From Klebsormidium nitens (taxonomy: Eukaryota > Plantae > Klebsormidiophyceae), in contig DF237093.1 in NCBI GenBank assembly GCA_000708835.1, positions 111,720 to 175,719 of the forward strand: 64,000 bases of DNA, given 5' to 3'. Below, one piece after another: positions 27,030 through 38,758 of this stretch. The notes under the pieces are model-generated. The model ran no database searches. It was not told the origin of the DNA and saw nothing but the letters and a program-made list of their open reading frames with translations. Within the stretch, counting starts at the first letter, position 1. Each line of letters opens with the position of its first letter. The position numbers and the translations under genes are program-made.

Positions 27030-28235
27030 TGGCAGGCGTCCCAAAGTAGTTTACACTTTGAAAGTTGCATTTAGACACATTCGGCAGTGGATGACCGATC
27101 TGAAGGTCCTGCGAACGCAACTTCTGATCACGACATCGGCGGAATTTGCTGAGTTGCCTAGCAAACTCACATCGCCACAAACCTGACTATCTTCCTTGGT
27201 ATAAATGAGTACACGAGACGCCTGCGGCTAACTCCACACCTTCAACAGTATCCGTATATACCTTCGCACTGGCATGTAGTTGAATAGAGCAGCTGGCCCG
27301 CTCCGCATCACCGCAACGTCCTCCATTCATTCATTAGGACGATACAACCAGTTCAATCATGTGTCTTATAGGCGCCGAAAGTAGGACGATGTTCATGATT
27401 CTTGGTCCAGCTTGTGAATAATAGGCTGCGAAAGAATTCCTCCTCATTCGGTCTGATCTTATTCTTCGTGTACTTCAATCGCTCCCGGCGGCCCTCAGCT
27501 CTGCAACCGGGCCATGGCAGTACGTCGTGATTCTGTCCAGCGTGATGTCCAAGCGCTCAACTATGAATGAATTATCATGCAGTCAGCACGTCGGTGCATG
27601 CATGCAGGCTTCATTAATGATTGCAGGTTGTGTCTAGATTGTGCGCATGTGCGGTGTCAGAACCTAAGGGTTGCATGAATGCCGGCTAGGTGTCAAACCT
27701 ATGTTGCATTTCTATCTAGACGTTATCTGTGTTCTCTCAAATAAAGCATTCCATGCTGGAATCGCGCATCAATGGCATGCAACGCGACTGGTCACTCGTA
27801 CATAAACGCATATGCTGTGCTTCAAATTGTAGGAATGGATCAACAGAAAGTGCCGCTGCGTGACAGCGAATCTGACGACATACTTTCGACCCTGTTTGCT
27901 TTCGTGCGACCACTCTCCTTCCAACATCAGGCAGATCATTGTCGCTTGAACGGGTTTTCAGCAATACTTAGACATGAGCAGGTTTCAACGAGTCGAGTAC
28001 CGGCTAGTGAAGGCCCGAAAAGCAGCGAGACGATGCGGCCTGTTCCTGTCATGCGGGCTCGAGGCACATGTGGCTTGGGAACGCTTTCCACGCATACCGA
28101 CCCTGTCTGCTGATCGTGCTGGTCTCTCTCAAAGGCACATGGCAGCAGTCCGGAACTACCGGACGTCGTCATTAAGTGCATAAGCCGAGTCTTTGCGCCT
28201 GGCACTCGGAGCGCTCTCTTTGCGCTGTTCAAAAC

Positions 28236-29346
28236 TCAGTCCTCATCATCCGACTCCACTATTCCATCCACCCGCTGTCCTTCGTTCCCTTGCTGCTCTC
28301 TTCCAGGTCCCCTACGCGCCAAACCCTGACCTAAACCCTGACCTAAACCCTGCACGTTTCCCTGGTCACGTGCCCACCCCCTCCGTTCTGCCTCCGCTTG
28401 CGCTTGCTCGTACGCCTCTCTCTGTAAGTGCAGCTGCACCTGCTCTTGTTGCTCCTCGTTCAACTGCACCCCGTTTCCGTTCTCTCCCCCGCCGTGCTGC
28501 GGATCCAACCCCAAGTCGGCCCACGGCATAAGCGACCGCAGAAATTCTGTCCGTCCAGTTCCGCCGGCAGAGCCCCCTGCGGAACACCCCCCGCTTGCAT
28601 ATCAATCGCGGGAGGAAGCTCCGCCGGAATACCCGGAAGAGGGCCCCCCGCGGCCTCCTCGTCCGGCGGGAGAGTGTGTGTGTTGTTCGAGAACTCGGAC
28701 ACCGGCAGGTAAGCGTACTCGTTCTCGGTCGAGGGGAACGACTCGGATCGGACGCATGCCCAGTCGTCAGCAGCGGCTTTTTCGGTTGGGGTGTTCAAAG
28801 AGGTGACCGCGTTCTTGGCTGCCTGCTTCAGCCAGTCCTGTGGAGTAAAAAGAAGGGAGCGGAGGCATCAGGGCCGCGTCTGAACACAGCTTGCGAAGCA
28901 CAAATGACAGACGCGCCACGGGCTTCAATCGACATGTGTGTAAAATGAAACCTTAGATCTCGAAACGACAGTTCAAGCTACCGCGATGGCCAATGCCTCG
29001 GTTGCAGAGTTGACTGCAAGAGCGCAAAGCGCGAAAGCTCAGCATGTCGTACAACCAATAGCTAGAACCCCAGGCTCGACCGCAACCCAAGAGATGCCAG
29101 TTTACTATACAAATCATAATGCAGACACTATCTATAGTCTCACACACATGCTGAGCATAGCACCTGCAAAAGACTCGTAAGCATGACCCAAATGGCGCGA
29201 CGTCGGCTGCTGACATGCGCTTCCTGCGGCCGCCACAACAGGTGGCGGCGCTCCAGATAGATGTCAATCAGGTGCTCCAGAGTGGGGCCCCCAGCGGTCG
29301 CCTTTGCCGAGACAGGCACGTTCAGTAACTTGGCCCACTCCGAATC
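28236..29346 (-). pseudogene. Duplicated last two exons of TCF25 (29346-29215 and 28837-28236), with a 13-nt frameshifting deletion
   Basis: DSEWAKLLNVPVSAKATAGGPTLEHLIDIYLERRHLLWRPQEAH matches TCF25 exon 34243-34112; both are 132 nt with AG/GT intact. The last-exon copy lacks acagcatcagcgg (+ strand, present at ~33459-33471) near 28544, which shifts the frame before the LFLRSLMPW motif. Confidence 0.88.
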
Positions 29347-30769
29347 CTGCACGAGTAAAAGGCATTTGATGCAGGATTGCAGTCCCACGCATCTCGAGAT
29401 CTGGTGTTCAGCAGACTTTAAATTCAGAGTGGAAGGCAAAATCACGGAATTGTCTGTTCTTGTAGTTATTGTTTGAGACTGTAACGGCTGGGCTACAGGA
29501 GTCGCATGCTAAAGTGCACCGTGCTGCTTGTTTCTTGAACGGCAAAAGTTATCCAAGAAAGCGGGCTATCAGTATTTGCCACGTAGAGCTTCTGGTTGCG
29601 GTTCAAGATCCTTCGAAAATGGTCAACGTTTCGAGCCACAGCCTCGCCCTCATCGGCAAGCGACTAAGAATAAAAAGCCGTTCGCAAGCAAGCAGTTCAG
29701 AGGTGATCGGCTCCTAATGGCTGAACCTCTGCTTCTGAACGTCCTTCTGAACGGCAAACATCCAACAAGTCTCAGATCGAAAAAGGTCATGCGGAACCAT
29801 CAAGGCGTGCACGGACCATCTGTCGCTGGCCCAACTCCTCAGTAGTAGCTTTGCATGATAATCTGCCTACACGTTATTCCACGAGAAAGCTGATGTCATT
29901 CAACATAGATCAGCGCTTGCGGTCTTGCAGCCGCAACCGACACGTATTCGTCAGAGTCCGATCATGCACACTGACGAACTGTATCGATGCGATTTCGAAC
30001 GGAAGAGCAAAGGCAGCAACAAGCACCCTTTGTTCGGAAGAGATCAAGCTGTGCCTGCAGTGTTCTTAACTTCAGTCCGATATTACAGAACTGTCCCCGA
30101 CCAAAGCTTTTGGTTTGCCGATCAAGACCATCTTGAAGAATCGACCAAACAAGAAAAATGCCCCTCCATTCAAGTGCGTCCTTGAAATGCTCCAATGCCT
30201 GCAAAAAGAACTTACCACTGATTGCAGCGGCGAACGCACTGCCTGACTTCTTCAAAAATCTGCCTTTGGGATCGCATGATCTTCGTCGCCCGCATGTTGC
30301 AAGGGCTTCGGCAGGCGTTTCAATACCTAAGTTTCACGTGACTCTGCAACAACCAGTGAGTGATAACATAACCCCATCTGCACAATCATGCCCTACGCAT
30401 ATAGAAGCCCGCCAAAAAAAGACGTATATATATTGCTCATGCAGCATGCATCGATCCACCTGGTAGTCGCCGTCGGATTGGCAAGTCTCGCTCCTGCTTA
30501 TATATCTTCAAAACACTCGATAAAAATGGAAAGATACAGCATTGCCCCTGCCCAAGGATGAGACGCAAAAATTCGAGAAATGGTCCAAACATCGAACTTT
30601 TCTCTGAATTTTCAGCAGAAGTTGAGAGCAAATGCATTCGTTTATCATCTGTGCTTTCTGAGTGATGTACCAATCTTCTTGCGCTACCAGCTTTCAATTT
30701 TCTTTTGTAGTAACGTATCTAGCCAATAGGCTAGGCTGCTGGGGACAGAAGACTCAGAAGCCTGGTAAT

Positions 30770-33700
30770 ACCGACACGTGTACGCGAGTATCGGCGCCTT
30801 AACCCCTGGCCGGTTTATGGCTGGCCAGGCCGGCCGCGACCGCGCGCGCCGCGCCCTCCAATCAGAGATCGTCCAAGTCGACGAACAGGCCTGCACACCA
30901 TTTGCGCGGCTCAAGGAACTTGGATGCGCACGAAGATGGAGCACAAGCCGCAGGACCTCTGTTCCTCCTTTGCGTTAACTTTTAAAGGTGCTGAAGAGCC
31001 TACAGGGATTAGCAGCTTGCCAGACGATGTCCTGTCACTCATTCTGAACAAAGTCGATGTGCAGGACTCTGTGACCTTTCTAACTCTCAATCTTGCCTGC
31101 AAGAGGTTCAGCCACATCGCTTCTCCAAGCTTCCCACTTTGGAGGAAAGCTTTCTTTGGCGGTAAGGAGCTGCCACAGGAAACGAGTGAGCTGAAGGCGC
31201 TTGAGGAGGAAGTTGGTCATTTTGGGGGCTATAAGCGCCTTTTAGGGGCTCGGTTGCTGACCCGGACAACCTCCGTGATAAGTTATCCTTCAAAGAGCAT
31301 GCTATTCCTCATGAAGACGAGGGAGGGGAGGGCTTTCATGTGGGGAGGTGGGATGAAGGAACCACCAGCTAAATCGAAAGCTAACAGGTGGTCGTCTGGT
31401 CCACCATTTACGTGGCGGGATTGCCAGCTCAAGCCCCTGTTTGAGGTCTCCACTCCGGACGAGCTGATTGACAAGATTTGTCCACTTTACTCAGATTACA
31501 GAAAAACATTGGCACGACCTGGTGGACACCAATCAGAGGAACAGGCGACGTATTCCACGTGGGACACCACGATCTTGCTAGAGACCTTCTTCCTTTTGGA
31601 GGGACATCCGGGGAAGCTCTTTCACAAGCTGCACACGCGGAGTCTCAGTTGCGAAGTTGAATACTGCGCCGCCTCACTCCGCTTCAGTGCTTTTCACAGG
31701 GCGTCAAGAGTTGTATTCCGAGTACCTGCTTGCAGATTCAACTCGCTGGTCGATGGTTGGTTGGTCATCAAAAGGTTATTAGCACAACCCGAACTCTCAG
31801 TATCCTGTGCAGGCCGTCTGGCCGAAGAGAGCAGCGTACGGTTCGAAGGGGTGTGCTGCCTCCATTGTAGCATGGAACTCTATTCGCCCAACGAAAGGGT
31901 AGAGGATTTTAAGCCGCAGCTTTTGATGGCGGGTCTTCCCAAGTGAAGCTGCCTCTATGATGAAGACGTCCTTTCGTGTAGAGAAAAGGCGCGAACATGC
32001 AGTAGATCAAATGTATCTCGAGAGGATACTCTTGATGTAGCCTTCGTTGAAGAATAGCCTTCAGTGTGCTACTCTTTCATTGAAATACTAAATGCTGTGG
32101 AAGCTTCTTTTCTTAGTATCATGATCATCTCTTTTGTCTTGAAAACATCTGACCGGGACGATCTGCGGGTCATTATAATCTTGTTGGCTCCCAGTCACTG
32201 CGAGCCATCAGTTCCCGAGCGGGCGCTGCTCAGTCGGCATATCGGCCGTCATGCTGTCCACGTCAGGCATTTATCCACAGCACGCGTGCAAACTCAGCAT
32301 ACTCCTTTACACGGCTGCACATGGCTGTATGCCCCATACCGGCCGGGCAGTTACTCACAGCCATTGGCACTAGCTAATCAAAGAAACCATTGCTCGGCTG
32401 TTTCAGCTATTCTTCATTTTGGCAAACCATTGTTACTCGTCATCATCTCATGAGAACAGCAAGCATGCAGCGCAGTGCTGATCATCTACAGGCTAGGCTC
32501 GAAATTACACACCGGCACCCTGATCATGAAGATGCTTTATGAACGGAATCACTCCGATTCCATGTGTACCGGCATGCATAATGGAGACGGGGGTTGCACG
32601 GCTGCCAAAGCGAGGGGCCTCAGCTAGGATGCATGCTGCATGAAATGCGTGACTCAACGTGACCCCGCGGCAATGAGGAAACACGCGTGCACCTGTGAAA
32701 GTTGACCGACAAGTGCCGAACATCGCCTATAATCGACGGATCTGCGTGAAAGTTTTACCCCGTTCCTTCTCCGACGACCATGCTTCTCCAGTCTTACGAT
32801 CATGGATCGGCTGAAACAACCACATAGACGTGGCTGGTTACGTTGGAGAAGCCCACTATCAGTCACAGATTGAATCCATGCAAGTCGAATTCAAAACTCG
32901 ACAGCTATTGCACCGGTGAGTGAGGCCTTTCTCTCGAACCTCAGGCTGGCATACAAGTATAGCCTCCGGTGGATTTCCACTTACACATGCAGCGCCCCAC
33001 ATTTTCCGCTTGCATGATGAAGCTGCCCTCTGTGAAGGTCATAACATATCGCAGCATGACATGAGCATTTAAAATCCCCAGATGTCGTGATCGGAAAAGA
33101 AAGGTCCACATTCCGGCTCTTGCAACCCGCATTGAGAGAGACCTTTTGCGCTGTTCAAGGATCACTCCTCATCGTCCGACTCCACTATTCCATCGACCCA
33201 TTGTCCTCCGTTCCCTTGTTGCTCTCTCCCGGGTGCCCTACGTCCCAAACCCTGACCCAAACCCTGCACGTTTCTCTGGCCACGTGCCCACCCCCTCCGT
33301 TCCGCCTCCGCTTGCGCTTGCTCGTACGCCTCTCTCTGTAAGTGCAGCTGTACCTGCTCTAGTTGCTCCTCGTTCAACTGCACCCCGTTTCCGTTCTCTC
33401 CCCCGCCGTGCTGCGGCTCCAACCCCAAGTCGGCCCACGGCATCAGCGACCGCAGAAACAGCATCAGCGGATTCTGTCCGTCAAGTTCCGCCGGCAGAGC
33501 ACCCGGCGGAACACCCCTTGCTTGCACATCAACCGCGCCCGGAAGCTCCGCCGGATTAACCGGAAGAGGGGCCCCCGCGGCCTCCTCGTCTGGTGGGAGA
33601 GTGTGCGTGTTGTCTGAGAACTCGGAGACCGGCAGGTAAGCGTACTCGTTTTCGGTCGAGGGGAATGACTCGGATCGGACGCACGCCCAGTCGTCAGCAG

Positions 33701-34980
33701 CGGCTTTTCCGGTTGGCGTGCTGAGGGACGCAACGGCGTTCTTGGCTGCCTGCTTCAGCCAGTCCTGAAAGGGAGCAGCGAAGGGAGGCATTAGGGCTGC
33801 GTGCGATTACAGGTTTTCAAGAAGCACGAGTGAGAGATGCGCCACAGGCTTGCTTCAACATATGCGCAGAATGAAACCTCGAAACGACACTTCAAGCTAC
33901 CGCGTCGGCTGTTGCCCGCAAGAGCGCAACGTCCGATAAGTCAGAACGCTAGAACGCTAGAACGCGAGGCTCGAGCGCAGCCTCAGAGGCGCCAGTCCAT
34001 TCAACCAATCTTTACCAATCGTATTGCAGACAATCTAGTCCCACATGCTAAGCATGACACATGCAAGGACCTCATAAGCATGACCCAACAGACGTGACGT
34101 CAGCAGCTGACCTGCGCTTCCTGCGGGCGCCACAACAGGTGGCTGCGCTCCAGGTAAATGTCAATCAGGTGCTCCAGCGTTGGTCCTCCAGCGGTCGCCT
34201 TTGCGAAGACAGGCGCGTTCAGCAGCTTGGCCCACTCCGAATCCTGCAGAAGTCAAGAATCCGTTTCGGGGTCTGAGATTGAGCGCAAACGTCAGAGTCT
34301 GGAATTTAGGAGCTTGCAGGTTCAGAACGGAAGGAGCGCTTGCTTGAGATACAAAATTCCTGTACTTGTGGCTCTGACGGCTTACTACAGGAGCGCAGGA
34401 TGCTAAAGTGCAGCGTGCTGCTTCTCTCTTGTATGGCCGAGGCTAAAAAGATAAATGATCCTGTATTCGATGGTCGCGTACAGATTCCCGGTTGCGATCC
34501 AAAATCCTTCGACAGTGATCAAGTTTTCCCGCCAATCCCTCGTCTTCATCGGCAAGCAACTACGAAAAAGGGGCCCTTCCTAGGCAAGCAGTTAAGAAAG
34601 AATCAGCTCCCAACGGTGAACCTCTGCTTCTGACGGCCAACACCCGAACAAGTCTCACACTGAAGCGTGCCCGGACCCTCTCTCGCTGGCCCAGCTCCTC
34701 CATAGTAACTTTGCCCCGATTATTCCACCTACAAAATAACCTTCGACAAAGCTACGCTATATAGACCAGCGCTTGCCGTCTTGCAGCCGCCACTGACATG
34801 ACTTTGTCAGAGTCCGTTCATGCACACTGACGAACTGTATCGCTGAGATTTGAACGGAACATCGAAGGCAGCAAGGAGCGACCCTTTGCTTGGAAGAGAT
34901 GGAGCTGTGCCTACCTTACCGATAGAATTAAAGATCTCTATCCAGTTGGTTCGTCAGCTTGCGAATCAGGACCAGCTTTC
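30770..34980 (+). repeat. Tandem segmental duplication, unit B (intact F-box gene plus functional TCF25 3' exons)
   Basis: Partner of 25865-30130; see that feature. Confidence 0.9.
30936..31946 (+). CDS. F-box protein, copy B; single-exon ORF with an unrecognised C-terminal domain
   Basis: Uninterrupted ORF (340 aa from the upstream ATG at 30924; the ATG at 30936 matches copy A) with F-box motif SSLPDDVLSLILNKV...LACKRF...LWRKAF. Confidence 0.8.
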   Translation: MEHKPQDLCSSFALTFKGAEEPTGISSLPDDVLSLILNKVDVQDSVTFLTLNLACKRFSHIASPSFPLWRKAFFGGKELPQETSELKALEEEVGHFGGYKRLLGARLLTRTTSVISYPSKSMLFLMKTREGRAFMWGGGMKEPPAKSKANRWSSGPPFTWRDCQLKPLFEVSTPDELIDKICPLYSDYRKTLARPGGHQSEEQATYSTWDTTILLETFFLLEGHPGKLFHKLHTRSLSCEVEYCAASLRFSAFHRASRVVFRVPACRFNSLVDGWLVIKRLLAQPELSVSCAGRLAEESSVRFEGVCCLHCSMELYSPNERVEDFKPQLLMAGLPK

Positions 34981-37900
34981 AAAAACCGTACCCAGCTTTG
35001 AATAAGAGTCGCCCTCCGAAAAGATATGTAATAATGTAACGGTGTGTCGCCCGTTAATTGAGTGTATTCCCAGAATGGTTTGAAGAGCTGGGGGAGTTCG
35101 TCACCCTCACCTCTTTGATGGGCGTCTTCTCGATGAGCTTCTGCAGCATGGCGGGGTGCAGCAACAGGGCCTGTTCCAGCAACTGCAGTGACGTCACGCC
35201 CCCGCCGCCGTTCTCGGCACCGTGCGCATCGTTGCCGGAGGTCGATGCACCCTTTGAGCTGCATGCCAGATTGTTACGCATGAGGGGGCGTTTTGAGCAC
35301 AGAATGAACGGACAAAGCATTGTCGAACCTTGGGGTGAAACAGAGCCTGTAGAAGATTGTGATTTGGAAGCCAAGCGCCAACCCGAAACGAAGCCCTGAG
35401 AAAGGCACGTGTTGGGCGCAGCACTCACTTGACAGCGTCGGAGGGGACAATCTCAGCTAACATGAAAGAGAAGTTGGTTCGCTGCAAAATGAAGTCCTCC
35501 TTTGTGACTTGCCAATCAAGGAAAGCGTGGCAGAATAAAAGGGTTTTAGCCAGCCGTTGGAGAAGCCTTCTAGGGCGTCGGCATGTTCCCGTCCTCTTTC
35601 AAAGCCGTTTCTAGACGCAAGATGAGACCACGTTGGTTTGAACGAACGCAAACAGAAGCATTTTTAGGGCTGGGTAAAGAAGGTATAAGCGAAGATACTC
35701 ATGAGCATTAGCAGAAAGCTGCTCGGACCAAGCTATGTCCCTTCTTGCCTCACCTCTTCTGGCGCTCCTCCAAGCGAAAGCGCGCCATTGCAAGCGAGAA
35801 GGCGAAGTTGGGCAGCACGCGAAGCGAGCGCTCCGCGTCTAGTTCGTCTGCCAGCCGCTCCAGGTAATCAAACTGCTCCGAGCGGAGGGCGTAGTAGTCC
35901 ACGCAGAAGAGGGCGCCGGCGGGATCGCCCTCCGGGTCAAGCGACAGCACCAGCTTGCACACCTGCCAGATGAGCCGACTAGAGAGTCAGCAAAGTCCAG
36001 AAACTGTACATTGGAGATTGGTATAGAGTCAATTCACGATAGTGACTGTGCAATGATCAAGAGGGACGGACCAGCACGTGATGTTGCTTGAGTTGGTTCA
36101 AGCGAGATCCAGCATGTCTTTCACGCTTGGCAAAGTTGAATGTTAAGAAGCCTCTGCACGAAGTGCACGGAAAAAGGGAATTGTTAAGCTGTTAAAGTGT
36201 CACACTGTCTTTGAGCAGCAGTATCGGACAACATACGGACACTGGGCGACGCAAACAACGGGAGCGTCAAGCCGCCCAGACAAAAGACTACTCACGTAAA
36301 CAGCTTTCAAGCAAAAAGGCCCTGTTCGAGCTCACCTCGAGCGCCGTCCTGTGGCACCCCCGCCGGCCCAGGTGCTGCATGTGCCGAAAAAGGGCCTGGT
36401 AAAACGCCCGGTTGGGCTCTTCTTCGAACGGAACGCGGCACGTCCCGAGCGAGATGTTAAACGACGGATGCCACGCGCACTCGAACGCGTAGAGGCAGCG
36501 CTCGAGCAGCTCCGCGACCGTCTGCATCTCGCCCATTTGCTTGTACACGTCAGCCAACGTCAGCAGGCCGTCGATGTGGTACGGGTGCTGGGCGACGAGG
36601 TGCGCGATGGCGTTCGGGTCGTGGGTGGCCGCCAGGGCCTCGAACTAGGGAGGGGAGAAATAGGTGGTCAGGGATCTGAACTTGAGATGCAAGACAGCCG
36701 CTACGAGGGCCTTGTTCAGCGAACCAGGCTGCAAGCATCCTGAACGAGGGATAAAACTGGAAGTAAGGACGCGCGACGATCTTGACTTAAAAAGAGGAGG
36801 TTTGGCTATTGACGAGAAGAGGGATCAAGAATGTGAATGACGAAGCTGAAGATGGGGAGGAACTTTGTCAAGGCAATACTAATAGAAGCCAAGTCAACAA
36901 ATTGATGGGATCTTAGACAACAGAACACCGGTCCTACCTCGTGTTGTGTCCGCAAGTAGTCCCTCGAAAATGTGTACTTGAAGAACTGGCACCCGTCCTT
37001 GCTCCCCATAGACTCCATCAGAATCCCGCCATCCCACCGCGGCCAATGGTCCAACGGACTGATCAGCAGCCCCCCTTTCCTCGGCCCCACCGCACCCCTT
37101 CCGCGACCCCTCCCTGACAGCCGGTGTCTCCGCCCCCCCCCGCCACGCGCGCCGGCCCCTTCGTGCGCTTCCACCGAACTGATCACTTTCGATCCGAAGA
37201 TTCGTCGGAGCTCGTCCTCCGCTTTCAGGTGCTTCACATCTACTCCCAGAACGTGCCGGTTGCTTCTCGGTCTCGAGGCTTCCGTGCTCCGGCCTGCTGT
37301 TTCAGGAGCCTCTCCCCCGACCGGCAGCTCGTCTAGCTTCCGCAGAATCTCCTCGACTTCTTCGTCCTCACGAACCTTGCCCTTGCCTTTACTCCGCCCC
37401 CTAGTATTGGATCCGGCAACATCCGGAGTAACATGGCCTGCGCTCTCACTCGATGTTGCAGTGGTCTCAGGCGAGGGTGGTGTAACATCGGTAGCCCCTG
37501 AATCTGCGACCCCCTTCGCTTTCTTCTTTTTCTTCTTCTTGCCCTTTGCTGAGGACCGTGGTTGTTCTACGAGCGCCAAAGGGGGCCCTGTCTCCTCGTC
37601 GCTTGCTTCTGCCTCCTCGTCGGCGACTCCCGCCTCATCCTGTACAACACAAAGACACCGCCACTCAAAGACGCGGTATTTCTTGGAAGGCGGTGCAAGA
37701 GATGACTTCAGGCTTCCCGGAATCAACCAGTGCCCCAGAAAGGTGAAGAAGCAATCGGAATGCTGAAGCATCAATACCTACGTTTTGCCACCATGACATT
37801 AGACATGCCCATAAGTTTATTTGACCTTCCCGAAAGAGATATGCAAAGGGCGACAAGTTTCAGCACGTGATGAACATGCGGATTTGTTTGTTCCGAACAA

Positions 37901-38257
37901 TTTCGAACAGAGACCTCTCTGTCTCCATGTGTATGAGGTGCAAACGCTTCATTTCCTTCTCCTCAAAGTTGTGCCTCATCAGTCTGCTATTTGTCGACAG
38001 AAAGAAACAGACCTTCATCAAGGACTTAGACAAGCAGCGCCGGACGAGCAAGAACTAAAGCATGCAATGGTGGCATGGACAGTTGGCCAAGGGGCCGAGC
38101 TAGGACATACCTCATCTCCGAGAAGGTCGAATGGATTTCTGACCGCTCCCGCTGGCTCCTCCTCACTGCTCTCCTCAAGATCCTCATTCACCGCTTGTTC
38201 CGGCCCAGCCTTGAGTTGCTGCTGAGCCAGCAGGCGCTTCACGGCACGCGCAGACAT
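33162..38257 (-). CDS. TCF25: TCF25 / NULP1 / Rqc1 family protein (ribosome quality control); 7 exons
   Basis: In-frame exons 38257-38111, 37639-36938, 36644-36336, 35962-35754, 35258-35111, 34243-34112, 33764-33162. Family motifs: RNPFDLL, LKAEDELRRIFGSKV, HPYHIDGLLTLADV, LLERCLYAFE, RRGCHRTALEVCKLVLSLDP..DP.GAL..VDYYALR, LPNFAFSLAMA, DWACVR, LFLRSLMPW. Confidence 0.92.
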
Positions 38258-38758
38258 GCTGACTCTAGATCTGCAGCAGACTGGGACCAGTTAAGAGGCG
38301 GTCTCAGGGGGCCCCAGTCTTAGTCTAGGACAGCTGTACTTCTGATTTAGCTGGTGACGGAGGGACAGGGACTGCAGCTGAGCACTGCGCGAAAAGAGAT
38401 CAGCAGTACGTTGGATTTCCTTCAAGTTGCTGCAGAGTAACCAAAAGCGAAGCCTGTTTCTAAATAAATAAAGATGCGGAAGAGGTTTTAAAAAAAGTAG
38501 AACCGGTACTTTCGAGATCTGGAGATTTGCGCTAGGAACTGGAAGTTCTAGAAAGTCGCCCACCCTCCTTCCTGAACAATGACTCGCTTGCTGTGCACAC
38601 TGAGCTGCGGACTTCACGAGCAGAGCATGAAGGAGGAGGCTTCAGAGCATCTTTCCTGAATCGCCTAGGGCTAGGGCTGGGGCTGGGGCCGGGGCCAGTT
38701 TCCTCCAGCATAATTTTTCTCGACGAGGGCCCCTTTCCGTGTCTGCAATTCGCAAACC
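38258..38758. promoter_or_regulatory. Probable shared divergent promoter region between TCF25 and GRXS17
   Basis: Head-to-head start codons about 0.5 kb apart; no specific cis-element was identified. Confidence 0.45.

Larger units (their letters stand above)
25865..30130 (+). repeat. Tandem segmental duplication, unit A (F-box gene plus 3' end of TCF25)
   Basis: Co-linear with about 30770-34980 at an offset of about 4.9 kb (ATG 26027 vs 30936; TCF25 stop region 28236 vs 33162). Similarity covers promoter, coding and intronic sequence. Boundaries are approximate. Confidence 0.9.

Noticed and set aside
28321-28352. aaaccct repeats resembling plant telomeric sequence
   Set aside because: They are a 12-bp coding repeat (QGLGQGLGQG on the minus strand) within the duplicated TCF25 last exon; copy B has the same motif with one fewer unit.
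36972-37766. 264-aa plus-strand ORF
   Set aside because: Antisense shadow of GC-rich TCF25 exon 2.
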